Source: Octopus vulgaris
Lineage: Eukaryota
Length of the DNA: 64,000 nt
Direction of reading: 5' to 3'
Assembly: GCA_951406725.2 (NCBI GenBank)
Contig: OX597831.1
Location: forward strand, 32,178,001 to 32,242,000
The position numbers and the translations under genes were made by a program. The first letter of the stretch is position 1. Each line of letters opens with the position of its first letter. A model generated the notes under the pieces. It ran no database searches and was not told where the DNA came from. It saw nothing but the letters and a program-made list of their open reading frames with translations. Shown one piece after another: positions 13,983 through 24,962 of the stretch.

Positions 13983-14024
13983 AATAATAATAATAATAAT
14001 GTGATATTGGTGAGAAACACTTAC

Positions 14025-14115
14025 CGACAGCTTTAATAATATACTTTTCACTGTACCCCAGCCATCATTGCGTTTATCTAAAATGATTACGAACCCTTTT
14101 TCTACTTCATACAAC
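14025..14115 (-). CDS. MCF2L: Coding exon of DBS/MCF2L-like Rho GEF, SEC14 domain
   Basis: gtttctttcag|GTTGTATGAA...CTGTCG|gtaagt, 91 nt, phase 2-0. Translates LYEVEKGFVIILDKRNDGWGTVKSILLKLS, compare DBS LQDAGIGFILVIDRRRDKWTSVKASVLRIA. Confidence 0.92.
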
Positions 14116-14301
14116 CTGAAAGAAACAACGAATGGCATATAGAGATATAGAAACATGTAGACATACAGACAGACCCCAATGTCACAAAAAGGGGCTCTTT
14201 GTTTCTTTCATGCTGTTATTACATACTCATGAGGCTGTATATACTAATGCAAAAATACATACACAAACAAATGTGAGTATATATATACACATACATACAT
14301 A

Positions 14302-14699
14302 CAGGGTGTTCAAAAAAGTCTCTCCGCAGTGAATTTTTTCAGTGAACAGATTATTTTGAAGGGACTTTGGCCACTAAGATCACCTGTTTTAACATTCCCA
14401 GACTTATTTTTTTCTGGGGAGCAAGTAAAGGATCAGTGTACAACCATTAATGAGTTAAAAGATGCAATCATAACCTTTACACAGTCCATACTGCATCGGA
14501 GTCTCCAAGATGTATTTCAAAACATGTGTAGAAGAGTCAACTTATGCATTGAAAATGAAGGACGACACTTTCAACACCTCTTATAAAGTTTTTTAAAGTC
14601 TTGTAAAGTCTAATATATTCTTTTGTAGTCTTATATCATCTTATAAATATTTATTTTGCAATAAAATACTTACTGCGGAGAGACTTTTTGAACACCCTG
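14302..14699 (+). mobile_element. Internally deleted Tc1/mariner element, rosa/DD41D-like
   Basis: TIRs CAGGGTGTTCAAAAAAGTCTCTCCGCAGT / ACTGCGGAGAGACTTTTTGAACACCCTG, TA on the left. Remnant WPLRSPVLTFPDLFF...RRVNLCIENEGRHFQHLL*. Family call is tentative because the full DDD spacing is missing. Confidence 0.8.
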
Positions 14700-14714
14700 T
14701 CTGTGTGTGTGTTA

Positions 14715-14775
<61 letters not shown>

Positions 14776-14827
14776 TAGAGAGATAGATACTCTAAGATGC
14801 ACATATTTATGCGTGTGTGTATATATA

Positions 14828-14896
<69 letters not shown>

Positions 14897-14904
14897 CATC
14901 ACCA

Positions 14905-15715
14905 CCACCATCATCATCTTTAATGTCCACTTTTCATGCCAGCATGGGTTAGACGGTTTGACTGGAACTGGTAAGCTGGAGAGCTGCACCAAGTTCCAGT
15001 CTGATTTGGCATGGCTTCTATGGCTACAAGAACTGGTAAGTAAAGTGAGATCGCAGCCATAGCCAATGCCAGTGTTGCATAACCAGCCCATTTAAAAGTA
15101 CCCTTGAATCGTCAGGTGATATGAAGTGTTTGAGAAGACCTGTTGAGTCAAGTGAAATTAAAATCGTAGTAGTTGCCAGTGTCACCTGACTGGCACCTGT
15201 GCTGGTGGCACATAATAAGCACCTTTCAAACGTGGGTTGATGTTAGTGCCGCCTGACTAGTCCACCCCCATGCCAGTGGCATGTAGAAAGCCCCATGCGA
15301 ATGTGGCTCCTAACTGGCTCCCATACCAGAGGCATGTAAAAAGCATCATCTGGACGTGGTCGATGCTAGTGCTCCCTGACTGGCTCACCCCCATGCCGGT
15401 GGCATGTAAAAAGCACCATCCGAATGTGGTTGATGCCAGTGCTACCTGACTGGCTCACCTCCATGCCGGTGGCATATAAAAAGCACCATCCAAATGTGGT
15501 TGATGCCAGTGCCACGTGAATGGCTCCCATGCTGGTGGCATGTAAAAAGCACCCACTACACTCTCAGAGTGATTGGTGTTAGGAAGGGCACCAAACTGCA
15601 GAAACACTGCCAGATCAGATTGGAGCCTGGTGCAGCCTCCTGGCCTGTCAGTCCTCAGTCAAACCGTCCAACCCATGCCAGCATGGAAGGTGGATGCTTA
15701 AACAATGATGATGAG
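14905..15715. mobile_element. RTE LINE 3' UTR pieces in opposite orientations, with internal ~70-bp tandem array (15174-15553)
   Basis: Same 3' end (ggaagggcatccagctgtagaaac...aacccatgccagcatggaaa...gatgatgat) as the RTE copy at 59095-59730. Confidence 0.75.
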
Positions 15716-15733
15716 ATATATATATATATATGT

Positions 15734-15801
<68 letters not shown>

Positions 15802-16800
15802 GCATATATACAAATGCCTGTATAGGTATTTATTAAAATTGAAACTACCAATTCTCAGGACTCTGACTTCCAAGGTTCTGCTCTTGAAACAAAATTTGAG
15901 GAATGAAACATATGACAAAAACATATGACAAAAACAAAGAGAAAGCATTTGATTGGATAAATGTGGACGAATAATATTGAATAAAAATAAATCTGATTTG
16001 ATGCATTTAGACAAAAATGGAAATCACCAAACTGAAATAACAAATAATAAATAAAACTAGATACAATGGTATAATTGCATCATTAATTGTGGCTATCCCA
16101 GGTCAGAGAGAAAACATTAAATACTACAGAATATCATGAAATTAACAAATGTAAGGAATTAGAGAAAAAAAAAGAAGAGAATAATGGAGAATTATATAGT
16201 GAGGAGAAATAAGAATAATAAAGTTCTAAAACAAGACTAGAACTCACTCTCCGTTCATAATGTCATGGAAAAACAATTGCATGGGGTGGTGGTGAGGAGA
16301 TGGGGGGGAGAGTGAGTGAGTGAGTGAGAAAGGTTGGAGTGAGCCCCAAACTCTGTGGTGAAATAAACTTTAGCCATAGGCTGTGTCTATAAACTCCTCC
16401 CTTACCCGCCAAAAAAGAAATAAAAATAAAAATAGTGTGGTTGTGTGGTAAGGAGTTTGCTTCCCAACCACATGGCTCCAGGTTCAGTCCCACTGTGTGG
16501 CACTGTGACACTGTGACACTTTGGGTAAATGTTTTCTATTATAGCATCAAGCTGATCAAAGCCTTGGTATCGTAAACATATATATATACATACACACATG
16601 CCATGTAAAAGCACCCAGTACACTCTGTAAAGTGGTTGGTGCTAGGAAGGGTATCCAGCCATAAAAACCATGCCAAAACACATTCAGAAGTACAGCATGG
16701 GCTCCCACCTGGCCAGCTCCTGTCAAACCATCCAACCCATGCCAGCATAGAAGAAGGATGCTAAACGATGATGATGATTTTTCATGTATATATATATATA

Positions 16801-17125
16801 TCATCATCATCATCGTTTAACGTCAGCTTTCCATGCTAGCATGGGTTGGACGATTTTGACTGAGGGCTGGCGAACCAGATGGCTGCACCAGACTCCAATC
16901 TTGATCTGGTAGAGATTCTACAGCTGGATGCCCTTTCTAAAGCCAACCACTCCGAGAGTGTAGTGAGTGCATTTTACGTGCCACCGGCACCGGGCCAGTC
17001 AGGCGGTACTGGCAATGACCTCGCTCGAATCTTTTTACACATGCCACTGGCACAGGTGCCAGTAAGGCGATGTTGATAATGATCACGCTCGAATGGTGCC
17101 CTTTTACGTGCCACCGGCACAGAAA
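16801..17125 (-). mobile_element. RTE 3' end copy nested inside a family A SINE (16435-17330)
   Basis: catcatcgtttaacgtc...ccatgctagcatgggttggacg tail; SINE A head at 16435-16570, tail at 17140-17330. Confidence 0.7.
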
Positions 17126-19524
17126 CCAGTTTATTTATGTGTGGTTTTGTGTTTGTGTCTGCCCTCCCCCACCTGACAAGCATAACTTAGTGGTTCATCA
17201 AAAAAGATTGATAGAATAAGTAGCAGGCTTTAAAAGCAAATTAAGTACTGCTATTGTTTTGTTCAACTAAAATTCAAGGCGTTGCCCCAGCATGACCGCA
17301 GTCTAATGACTGAAATAGTAAAAGATAAAAGATAGGGAGTTTTAAGTCATTTTAGGGGCTTAGTTCTTAGTGGAATGAACTCCTTAGAGTTGACTTCTTG
17401 ACACGCTCTGGAAGTGTGTCCCCTAATGCCTGAAGACATTAGGGGATATTACATGTTCACCAGAACAATCTCTTGACAAGTCAGTGTGAGATGGTGTGAG
17501 AAAAGAGAGAGAGAGAGCAAAAATCCCATTAATTTCCAAGAATTAATTAGGCAAGTGAACGAATATGAATGGCACCAGTTTCTCGAGTGTTCCGTCACGA
17601 CTACAACAGTTTCCTCTGGAAAATAGGCAGATCTATTAATAAGTCTGTGATAAACAGCAGAGAAACGTGCAATGCCAAAGAAAACATTCGACACAGTGTG
17701 AAGCCATGAAGTTTTCTCTTGTATTGTTGCCATCATTCACAGAATCCAGACAGAACTTCCTGTTCTGTCTTCAACCTCTCCTCTCACCTCCACTCACCAC
17801 TTCCTCTTAATCAGTTTGGTCGACACTAAAATATTACTTCACCCCCCTCACCCCCTTTAATAAGCCTATGCATGTCACCTTCGTGACATTTATCCATAAT
17901 ATTTATAAACTTCCATTTGTCGATTCTTCTCCATCATTCAAGTCCATATTCCATGTGCTTGTCTCCTCTCTCTCTCCACCACCGTTTATTGATCCTGTAT
18001 TTTGTACCTAAACATGGATTAACTGCAGCTGGACGAGTCAGTCAGCCACCTGCAAACCTGAGATCCAATCATAGCCACAGCATTGACATACCTGAGTAAC
18101 AAGTTATTACCTGTGTGGCACCTTGGGCAAGTGTCTTCTACTATTGCCTTAGGCCGACTAAAGACTTGCAAGTGGATTTGGTTGACAGAAACTGAAAGAA
18201 GCCCATTCATCATCGTTTAACGTCTGTTTTCCGCGCTAGCACAGGTTGGACGGTTCGACCGGGGTCTGGGAAGCCAGGGGCTGCTCCAGGCTCCAGTCTG
18301 ATCTGGCAGAGTTTCTACGGCTGGATGCCCTTCCTAACGCCAACCACTCCACGAGTGTAGTGGGTGCTTTCTACGTGCCCATTATATGTATGTATGTATA
18401 TATATATATATGTATGTATGTATATTTGTGTGTCTGTTTGTCTCCCCATCATTGCTTGACAACCAATGTTGGTGTGTTTACATCCCCCTAACTTAGTGGT
18501 TTGGCAAAAGAGACATATAGAATAAGTACTACGTTTACAAAGAATAAGTCTTGGGGTGAATTTGTTTGACTAGAAGATGATGCTCCAGCATGGCTGAAAC
18601 AAGTAAAAAAGAAGTCAGTATTGTTTCAAGGATTGGTTACCCACTTCCCAACAGTCCCCAGTGAATGGCATGCCTGGCTCTCATAGGGTTACTTGTTTAT
18701 GGCTGAGGAGCTAGAACACTGTGAAATGAAGTGTTATGCTCAAGACCACAATGCCCTACCCAGTCTTAGAATTGAAACCATGGCATTGCAATCGAGAGTG
18801 TAATCCCCAAGCCAGTAGGCCATGGCCCCTTCTTTAAGTTCATCCAGGTAGCCAATTGGCAGGGATGGAGGACAGAATGCTTTTGTAGTATTTGTCCTGA
18901 CCCTCTGTGCACTGAGTTCAAACACAACTAACTTCAACTTTGCTTTCCATCCTTTTGGGGTTTGACAAGCAAGGGTGTTGCAACAGAGGAACTGCGAGAG
19001 GGTTCGGTGCCTTGTGGTGTCTATTGAGGATCTTTGCATTCTAACAGTAACACCTTAATGATGCTGGTGCCAAGTTGTGCAGGGCCCAAGTCGGCAGCCT
19101 TTCTCTCGGGTAAACATCAGTGGCATGGAGAGAGATTTGAGCAACTGCTAGAAATAGCCAAATCTACCACTACTGACATAAAGAAACGAAGGACATACTG
19201 GATATGGTAGACCCAATTATACAGAGACAGGATGGTCATGGCTTATCTTTTACTTGTTTCAGTCATTAGACTGTGGCCATGCTGGGGCACTGCCTTGAAG
19301 AATTTTAGTCAAACAAATCAACCCAGTAGTTATTTTTTTGAAAACCTGGTACTTATTCTATCAGTCTCTTTTGCCGAACCACTAAGTTACAGTGATGCAA
19401 ACATACTAACACCAGTTGTCGAGCAGTGGTGGTGGACAAACACAGACACAAAGATACACACACATAGATCGTCATCATCATAGATACACACACACACATA
19501 CACACACATATATATGCACATAGT

Positions 19525-19756
19525 TGAGCACATAAGTGCAAATCAAGGTAGAAAAAAATAGCACTCAAATACCAAAGGTAGAGTAATATATTTTTTATTA
19601 AAACTTCAAAATTATCACAGAACTGTTACTCAGAGTTTCATGTTCCCATTTGTCGAGCAGTTGTGATGAAAACTATTTTCATCACAATTGTCTGATGACC
19701 GGGAACGTGAAACTCTGAGTATCAGCTTTATGATAAATTTGTACTTTTAATAAAAA
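19525..19756. mobile_element. Penelope-like remnant forming a fold-back with two opposed hammerhead motifs (19621-19662 minus, 19686-19726 plus), inside the microsatellite of a SINE A copy
   Basis: Plus: ttgt-CTGATGA-ccg GGAA cgt-GAAAC-tctga-GTA-tcag. Arms 19592-19672 / 19676-19756. Same family as 50450-50590. Confidence 0.65.
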
Positions 19757-19799
<43 letters not shown>

Positions 19800-19943
19800 T
19801 ACATACAATGGGCATCTTTCAGTTTCCATCCACCAAATCCAGTTACAAGGCTTTGATTGACCTGAGGCTATAGTAGAAAGCACATGTCCAAGATGCCATG
19901 CAGTGGGACTGAACCTGGAGCCAAGTGGTTGGGAAACAAATTT

Positions 19944-20557
19944 ATTTACATTTGACGGATATTTGTCCTCATCTTGTTTGTTGTTGACACAACATTTCGG
20001 CTGATATACCCTCCAGCCTTCATCAAGTGTCTTGGGGAAAATTTAAACCTGGGTTCTCATTCCTAAGGTATTTTTCAGAATCTTGAGGTTAGTAGCCCAT
20101 GCTCTTAACCACTACGCCATATGCCCGTGGGCAATTATGGAGTGAATTTTAGGGCTTATAAATCTAATATTTTCCTATCCTTCCTTAATACTGGTTCCCA
20201 TATGCTACTCATATCTGCACTCGGTCTGCTTAGAAGGTTGTTGTTTGCTAGGATGTGTACTGCTTCTTAAGGAAGGATAAGAAACTACTAGATTTATGAG
20301 CCCTAAAATTCACTCCATAATTGCCCATGGGCATATAGCACAGTGGTTAAGAGTGCGGGCTTCTAACCCCAAGATTCTGAGTTTGATTCCAAGCAGTGAG
20401 GAGGAGGAGGAGGAGAAGACATCGAAAAATACCTTAGGAATGAGAACCCAGGTTCGAAATTTCCCCAAGACACCTGATGAAGGCTGGAGGGTATATCAGC
20501 CAAAACGTTGTGTTAACAAACAAGATGAGGGCAAATATCCGTCGAATGTAAATAATG
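19944..20557. mobile_element. Penelope-like element remnant in inverted arrangement: GIY-YIG-like ORF tail, tRNA-like cassette, hammerhead motif
   Basis: Minus 20156-20266 translates EAVHILANNNLLSRPSADMSSIWEPVLRKDRKILDL*. Arms 19944-20188 and 20267-20557 are inverted copies. Hammerhead motifs at 19986-20031 (-) and 20469-20514 (+). Confidence 0.7.
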
Positions 20558-21249
20558 TTTATTATATGCTTGAATATTTACAGCTTATCCAGAATAAATG
20601 CATAACTTGTGTGCTATTTGCCAAGGAAATAGGAAATTGTAAAGACATTTCAAAGTGTGGACTAATCATAGAGGGGTCAGGACAAAGGAGGAGATAGGCA
20701 CAAAAAAATGGTAAAATTTTATAAATGATTGATTGATGGAAATAGTTGACACACTTTGCATCACCATCTTCATATTTTGGCAAAGTATTCTTTGGTTTTT
20801 CTCCTCAAAGAGGTCCCAACAACTGTTAAAAACTTAAGGAATTAACAAAATTCGGTAATGCTAAGAATTTGAATCTAACATTTTCAAAATATTTACAGAA
20901 CCATTTGTTTTATTTTTCTGCTTTATTTTACCATTTTTTTGCTCTTTTTGGCCATATGAAGTAGTAAGTAATAATAATAACAATGTGTAGGTCTTATGTA
21001 TATATAAGTAGTGGACATGCGGCCAAGTGGTTAGGGTATTTGGCTTATGATCATAAGGCTGTGAGTTCGATATCCAGTAGTGAACTGTATCTTTATTTCA
21101 CATTGTTCCAATTCATTCAGCAGGTAAAACTGAGTCATACCTGTAATTCAAAGGGGCCAGCCTTCTCACACTGAATCTCTCCAAGAACTGTGTTATGGGG
21201 ATGCATGTTTGTGGAATACTCAGCCACTTGCACATTAAATTCACAAGCA

Positions 21250-21669
21250 AGATCTTTTCAGTTTGAACGGCAGTTTTTTCTAGTGGTGTCATGAAATTGT
21301 CACCCATAATTATGACCCTAGTATCGATCTATTGCATTTCAATCTGTTTTAGGGTTAGGGTTAGGGGTGGGGGGAAGGGTGTCTTTTTTTCTTCACAAAT
21401 GTAAATAAACCCAATCTGTTTCTTAAACGAGGGACATATTCATATGGCACAGAATGTTTTTTTTTTACCTCAATAGACATCATTGATTGGTTGAAATTGC
21501 AGAAATTGAAGAAAAAAAGCAACAAATATCTTACAAACTGTAGAATTTTCTCAATAAAGCCAAGAGAAAAAGATGTTTTATAAACACATTCTACCAGTAT
21601 ACGAAGTTTAAAAGTGTTTAGTTACGTGGAAATTATTTTTAAAAACTGCCGTTCAAACCGAAAAGATCC
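21250..21669. mobile_element. MITE with 8-bp TSD (Merlin- or hAT-like) inserted in a family C SINE; contains (TTAGGG)3
   Basis: TIRs gatcttttcagtttgaacggcagttttt / aaaaactgccgttcaaaccgaaaagatc; flanking duplication cacaagca / cacaagct. Confidence 0.8.
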
Positions 21670-22544
21670 CACAAGCTGGTTATTCCATTGATTGGATCAA
21701 AATGAACCCTCGCCACCATAACCAACGGAGTGTCAGTTATATGTTTTTATATACAAACCATAGAGAGAGGCCTCTACATGGTGGTTTGACCTGGAAGGAA
21801 TAGTAGTTAAATCTCCCTCAAATAGTAATAATATTTAGTAGGTTCCATGCTTCAGCAACTGTGAGCATGCAAAAAAAAAAAGAAAGAAATATTTCTGAAA
21901 ATCATAGGCACTGCACCGTTTTTGATTTTATAAGCATGACATGTAAAAGCAAGAATCAAAAATGAAATACTTTCAAATACGTTGAAAGTATTTGTTCCAG
22001 GTTCCAGCCTAGATTAATCCTAAAAATAATCTCGTTTATATCTGCTGTCACATGCTATGTATGGATGAGGAGAGAAAAAAAAAACAAAATATATTTAGGG
22101 AATGGGTGGATGGGTGGGGAGAAAATGATTTTTTTTTTTTTGTTTCGTTGATTTTTAAAATTTAGTTTATTGATCTTTAATAAATGAAGTCAAATTAACT
22201 TAGCTGGGTTCCAACGTAGATTTAATGTAATGGTCAGAATGAGAGAATAGAGGAATGATTAAAGAAACACAAAAGTAGAAAAGAATGAGTGATTAAGTGA
22301 ATGAATCAAAGACAAAAGGCAGAGTGAGATACGAGAGAGAGGGGGAGGAAAGAGAAAGAGGGAGAAGGGAGAGAGAACCATACTAGCATGGAAGGAAATC
22401 ATTAAATGATGATGATAGAAACTAGATTGACAGAATAATAGAAGGGAAGAGAAAGAGAGAAAGAAAGAATAAAAAAAGTTCAAAAATGCTGTGAGAAACA
22501 AAAGCCTTTCAGATGCCTAATAAATGGGAGAAAGAGGGGGAGAA

Positions 22545-22607
22545 AAAAAAGAAGAAGAGGAAGAGAATAACGAAGAAGACAACAATGACGACAAAGATGA
22601 AAATGAA

Positions 22608-22639
<32 letters not shown>

Positions 22640-22712
22640 AGAAGAAGAAGAAGAAGAAGAAGAAGAAGAAGAAGAAGAAGAAGAAGAAGAAGAAGATAGA
22701 AAAGAAAAAGAA
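22545..22712. repeat. (GAA)n/(GAG)n polypurine tract
   Basis: Direct inspection. Confidence 0.95.
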
Positions 22713-23669
22713 GTAAGTAGTTTGTTACTGGTTATTGAAAGACTTGACGAAATATTAATAGAATCCGTCAACTCGTACCAATTTTCATCTCAGATAAAGA
22801 GATGATGTGGAATAGTTTCACAGCTTCTTACTGACAGAAGAAAGTGGAAAAAGATAAGAATATTTTACAAGAATTTAAAAAAAAAAAAAGAAACCCCTCA
22901 AAAGCAATACTAAAAATACTAAACAAAAAAAAACATTAAGCAAAAACATATCTTCTGTTACAGAGACAACAGAGAATGTTGGAATTTGGTAAATTATAAA
23001 GTGGCGGCGGATATGATTACAATATAATTTCATATTAAAATTGAAGTATAAAATGTTCTTGGGCTAAATATATAACAAGAAAAATAAAAAAAGGAAGAAA
23101 GAGAAGAAAAAAACAACAAATTCTGCTTTTTTTTTTTTAGTTTTAATATATTTTTTAACTTTGAAGCTAGAAAATTCAAAATGTCTGAGGAATGGAATAG
23201 AATGGCATTGGGAAAAAAATACCTTCAACTTCTGAAAGGTTAAATAAACTCTACAAGAGATATTTAATAACAAAGAAAATTCTTCATTCAACATCACATC
23301 TATTATAGTACATTACACATACATATAGTACATAAAACATATATGCACACACACACACACACACACAGATATAAAAGCACATGACCTAGTGGTTGGGGTG
23401 TTGCATTCATGATCACTAGATCGAAGGTTCGATTTGAAGACTGTGTTGTGTTCTTGAGCAAAAAACTTTATTTCACATTGCCCCAGTCCACTCAGCTGTA
23501 AATAGGTGACCATCCTGTGATGGACAGGCCTTCCGGTCAGGGTGAACATAGTGGTGTGCTCACCTATCCAGTGGCGTGGCATCATTCAAAAGCTACAAGT
23601 TTGGTCAGTCACATGATCACATAATTATATACATATATTGTAACATAGTGTGTGTGTGTGTGTATATGT

Positions 23670-23972
23670 GGAGGCGCAATGGCCCAGTGGTTAGGGCAGT
23701 GGACTCATGGTCAGAGGATCACGGTTTCGATTCCCAGTCCGGGCGTTGTGAGTGTTTCTTGAGTGAAAACACCTAAAGCTCCATGAGGCGCTGGCAGGGG
23801 GGTGGGGGTGGCGATCCCTGCTTTACTCTTTTGCCACAACTTTCTCTCAATCTTTCTTCTGTTGGCCTGCTTGCTTAGCCAGTGGGGTGGCATCATTTGA
23901 AGGCTAAAACAATGCAAAGCGCATTGTGACTGGCAATGTGTAGCAACATCTGATAGCCTGGTCGGTCATGGT
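23670..23972 (+). mobile_element. tRNA-derived SINE, family D
   Basis: ggaggcgcaatggcccagtggttagggcagtggact...ggtttcgattcccag head with A/B boxes; related minus copy at 45300-45555. Confidence 0.65.
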
Positions 23973-23973
23973 A

Positions 23974-24049
<76 letters not shown>

Positions 24050-24405
24050 ATATATGCATAGTTAATTTGAGGAGGTTATATCCTCATTAGGGATTAAATA
24101 ACCCAAGGTATTCCAAATGCTTAGAAATTCTGATCAACTAGGTGATAAGACTGAAACATATATGTAGGTTCCTTTATTTATTTAATTTTTTTTTTTTTTG
24201 AGCTTTACAATTTGTAATCAATTTATTTCTACTGCTATATATTGTCACTGCTGTTGTTATCATTACCATGTTAGTTTTTGTTTTATTTTGCAGCCATGGA
24301 TTGAACACAGCATGTTTTCACTCGCTGCAGTCCTTTGTCATCTCATGAGATCAACTCTCAAAATTTCTTTCCATGCTTTCCTTTTCCTCAGGTTTCTTCT
24401 ATATA

Positions 24406-24962
24406 CGAGGGTCAGTCAAAAAGTAATCCCATTTTGTTTAGGACAGGTATAATTACCAACACAGGAACATGCGTCATACATCAAAATGAAGCTGGTCCTC
24501 TGTGGATCACATCCCCTACTTCTCAACATAGTCACCGTTTCTCTCAATAGCAATGTTCCACCTTTGAATGAGAGCATGTATCCCTACCCTGTAAAATTCT
24601 GTTGACTGTTCTTTGAGCCACTTCTTCACTACCTCCACACTCACCAGATTTAGCACCTTCAGACTATCATCTCTTCGGTGCCATGAAAGAGGGTTTGAGA
24701 GGCAAACATTATTCCAGTGACGAGGAAATGAAAACTGTAGTGAAGAAGTGGCTCAAAGAACAGTCAACGGAATTTTATGGGACAGGTACACATGCTCTCA
24801 TTCAAAGGTGGAACATTTCTATTGAGAGAAACGGTGACTACGTTGAGGAGTAGGGATGTGATCCACAGAGGACCAGCTTCATTTTGATGTATGAGTCATG
24901 TTCCAGTGTTGGTAATTATACCTGTCCTAAACAAAATGGCATTACTTTTTGACTCACCCTCA
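24406..24962. mobile_element. Mariner-derived fold-back element made of two opposed right ends
   Basis: TA-CGAGGG...CCCTCA-TA. Arms of ~225 bp (24406-24631 / 24738-24962). Plus 24632-24853 encodes PPHSPDLAPSDYHLFGAMKEGLRGKHY...RWNISIERNGDYVEE*. Confidence 0.9.

Noticed and set aside
15174-15553. CRISPR-like repeat-spacer pattern
   Set aside because: The apparent spacers are homologous to each other and the array lies inside an RTE 3' UTR.
17340-18100. Unique-looking intronic block with ORF 17449-17736
   Set aside because: No recognisable protein motif or convincing splice pair; a regulatory role cannot be judged from sequence alone.
20330-20398. Functional tRNA genes at tRNA-like heads (also 23670, 33775, 38754)
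   Set aside because: No complete cloverleaf or acceptor stem; each continues into repeat-family sequence.
21349-21366. Telomere or chromosome fusion site
   Set aside because: Only three TTAGGG units, internal to a TIR element.
22513-22805. Poly-E/poly-K/poly-S ORFs, and the D/E-rich ORF at 40559-40810
   Set aside because: Trinucleotide repeat tracts with no splice or homology support.
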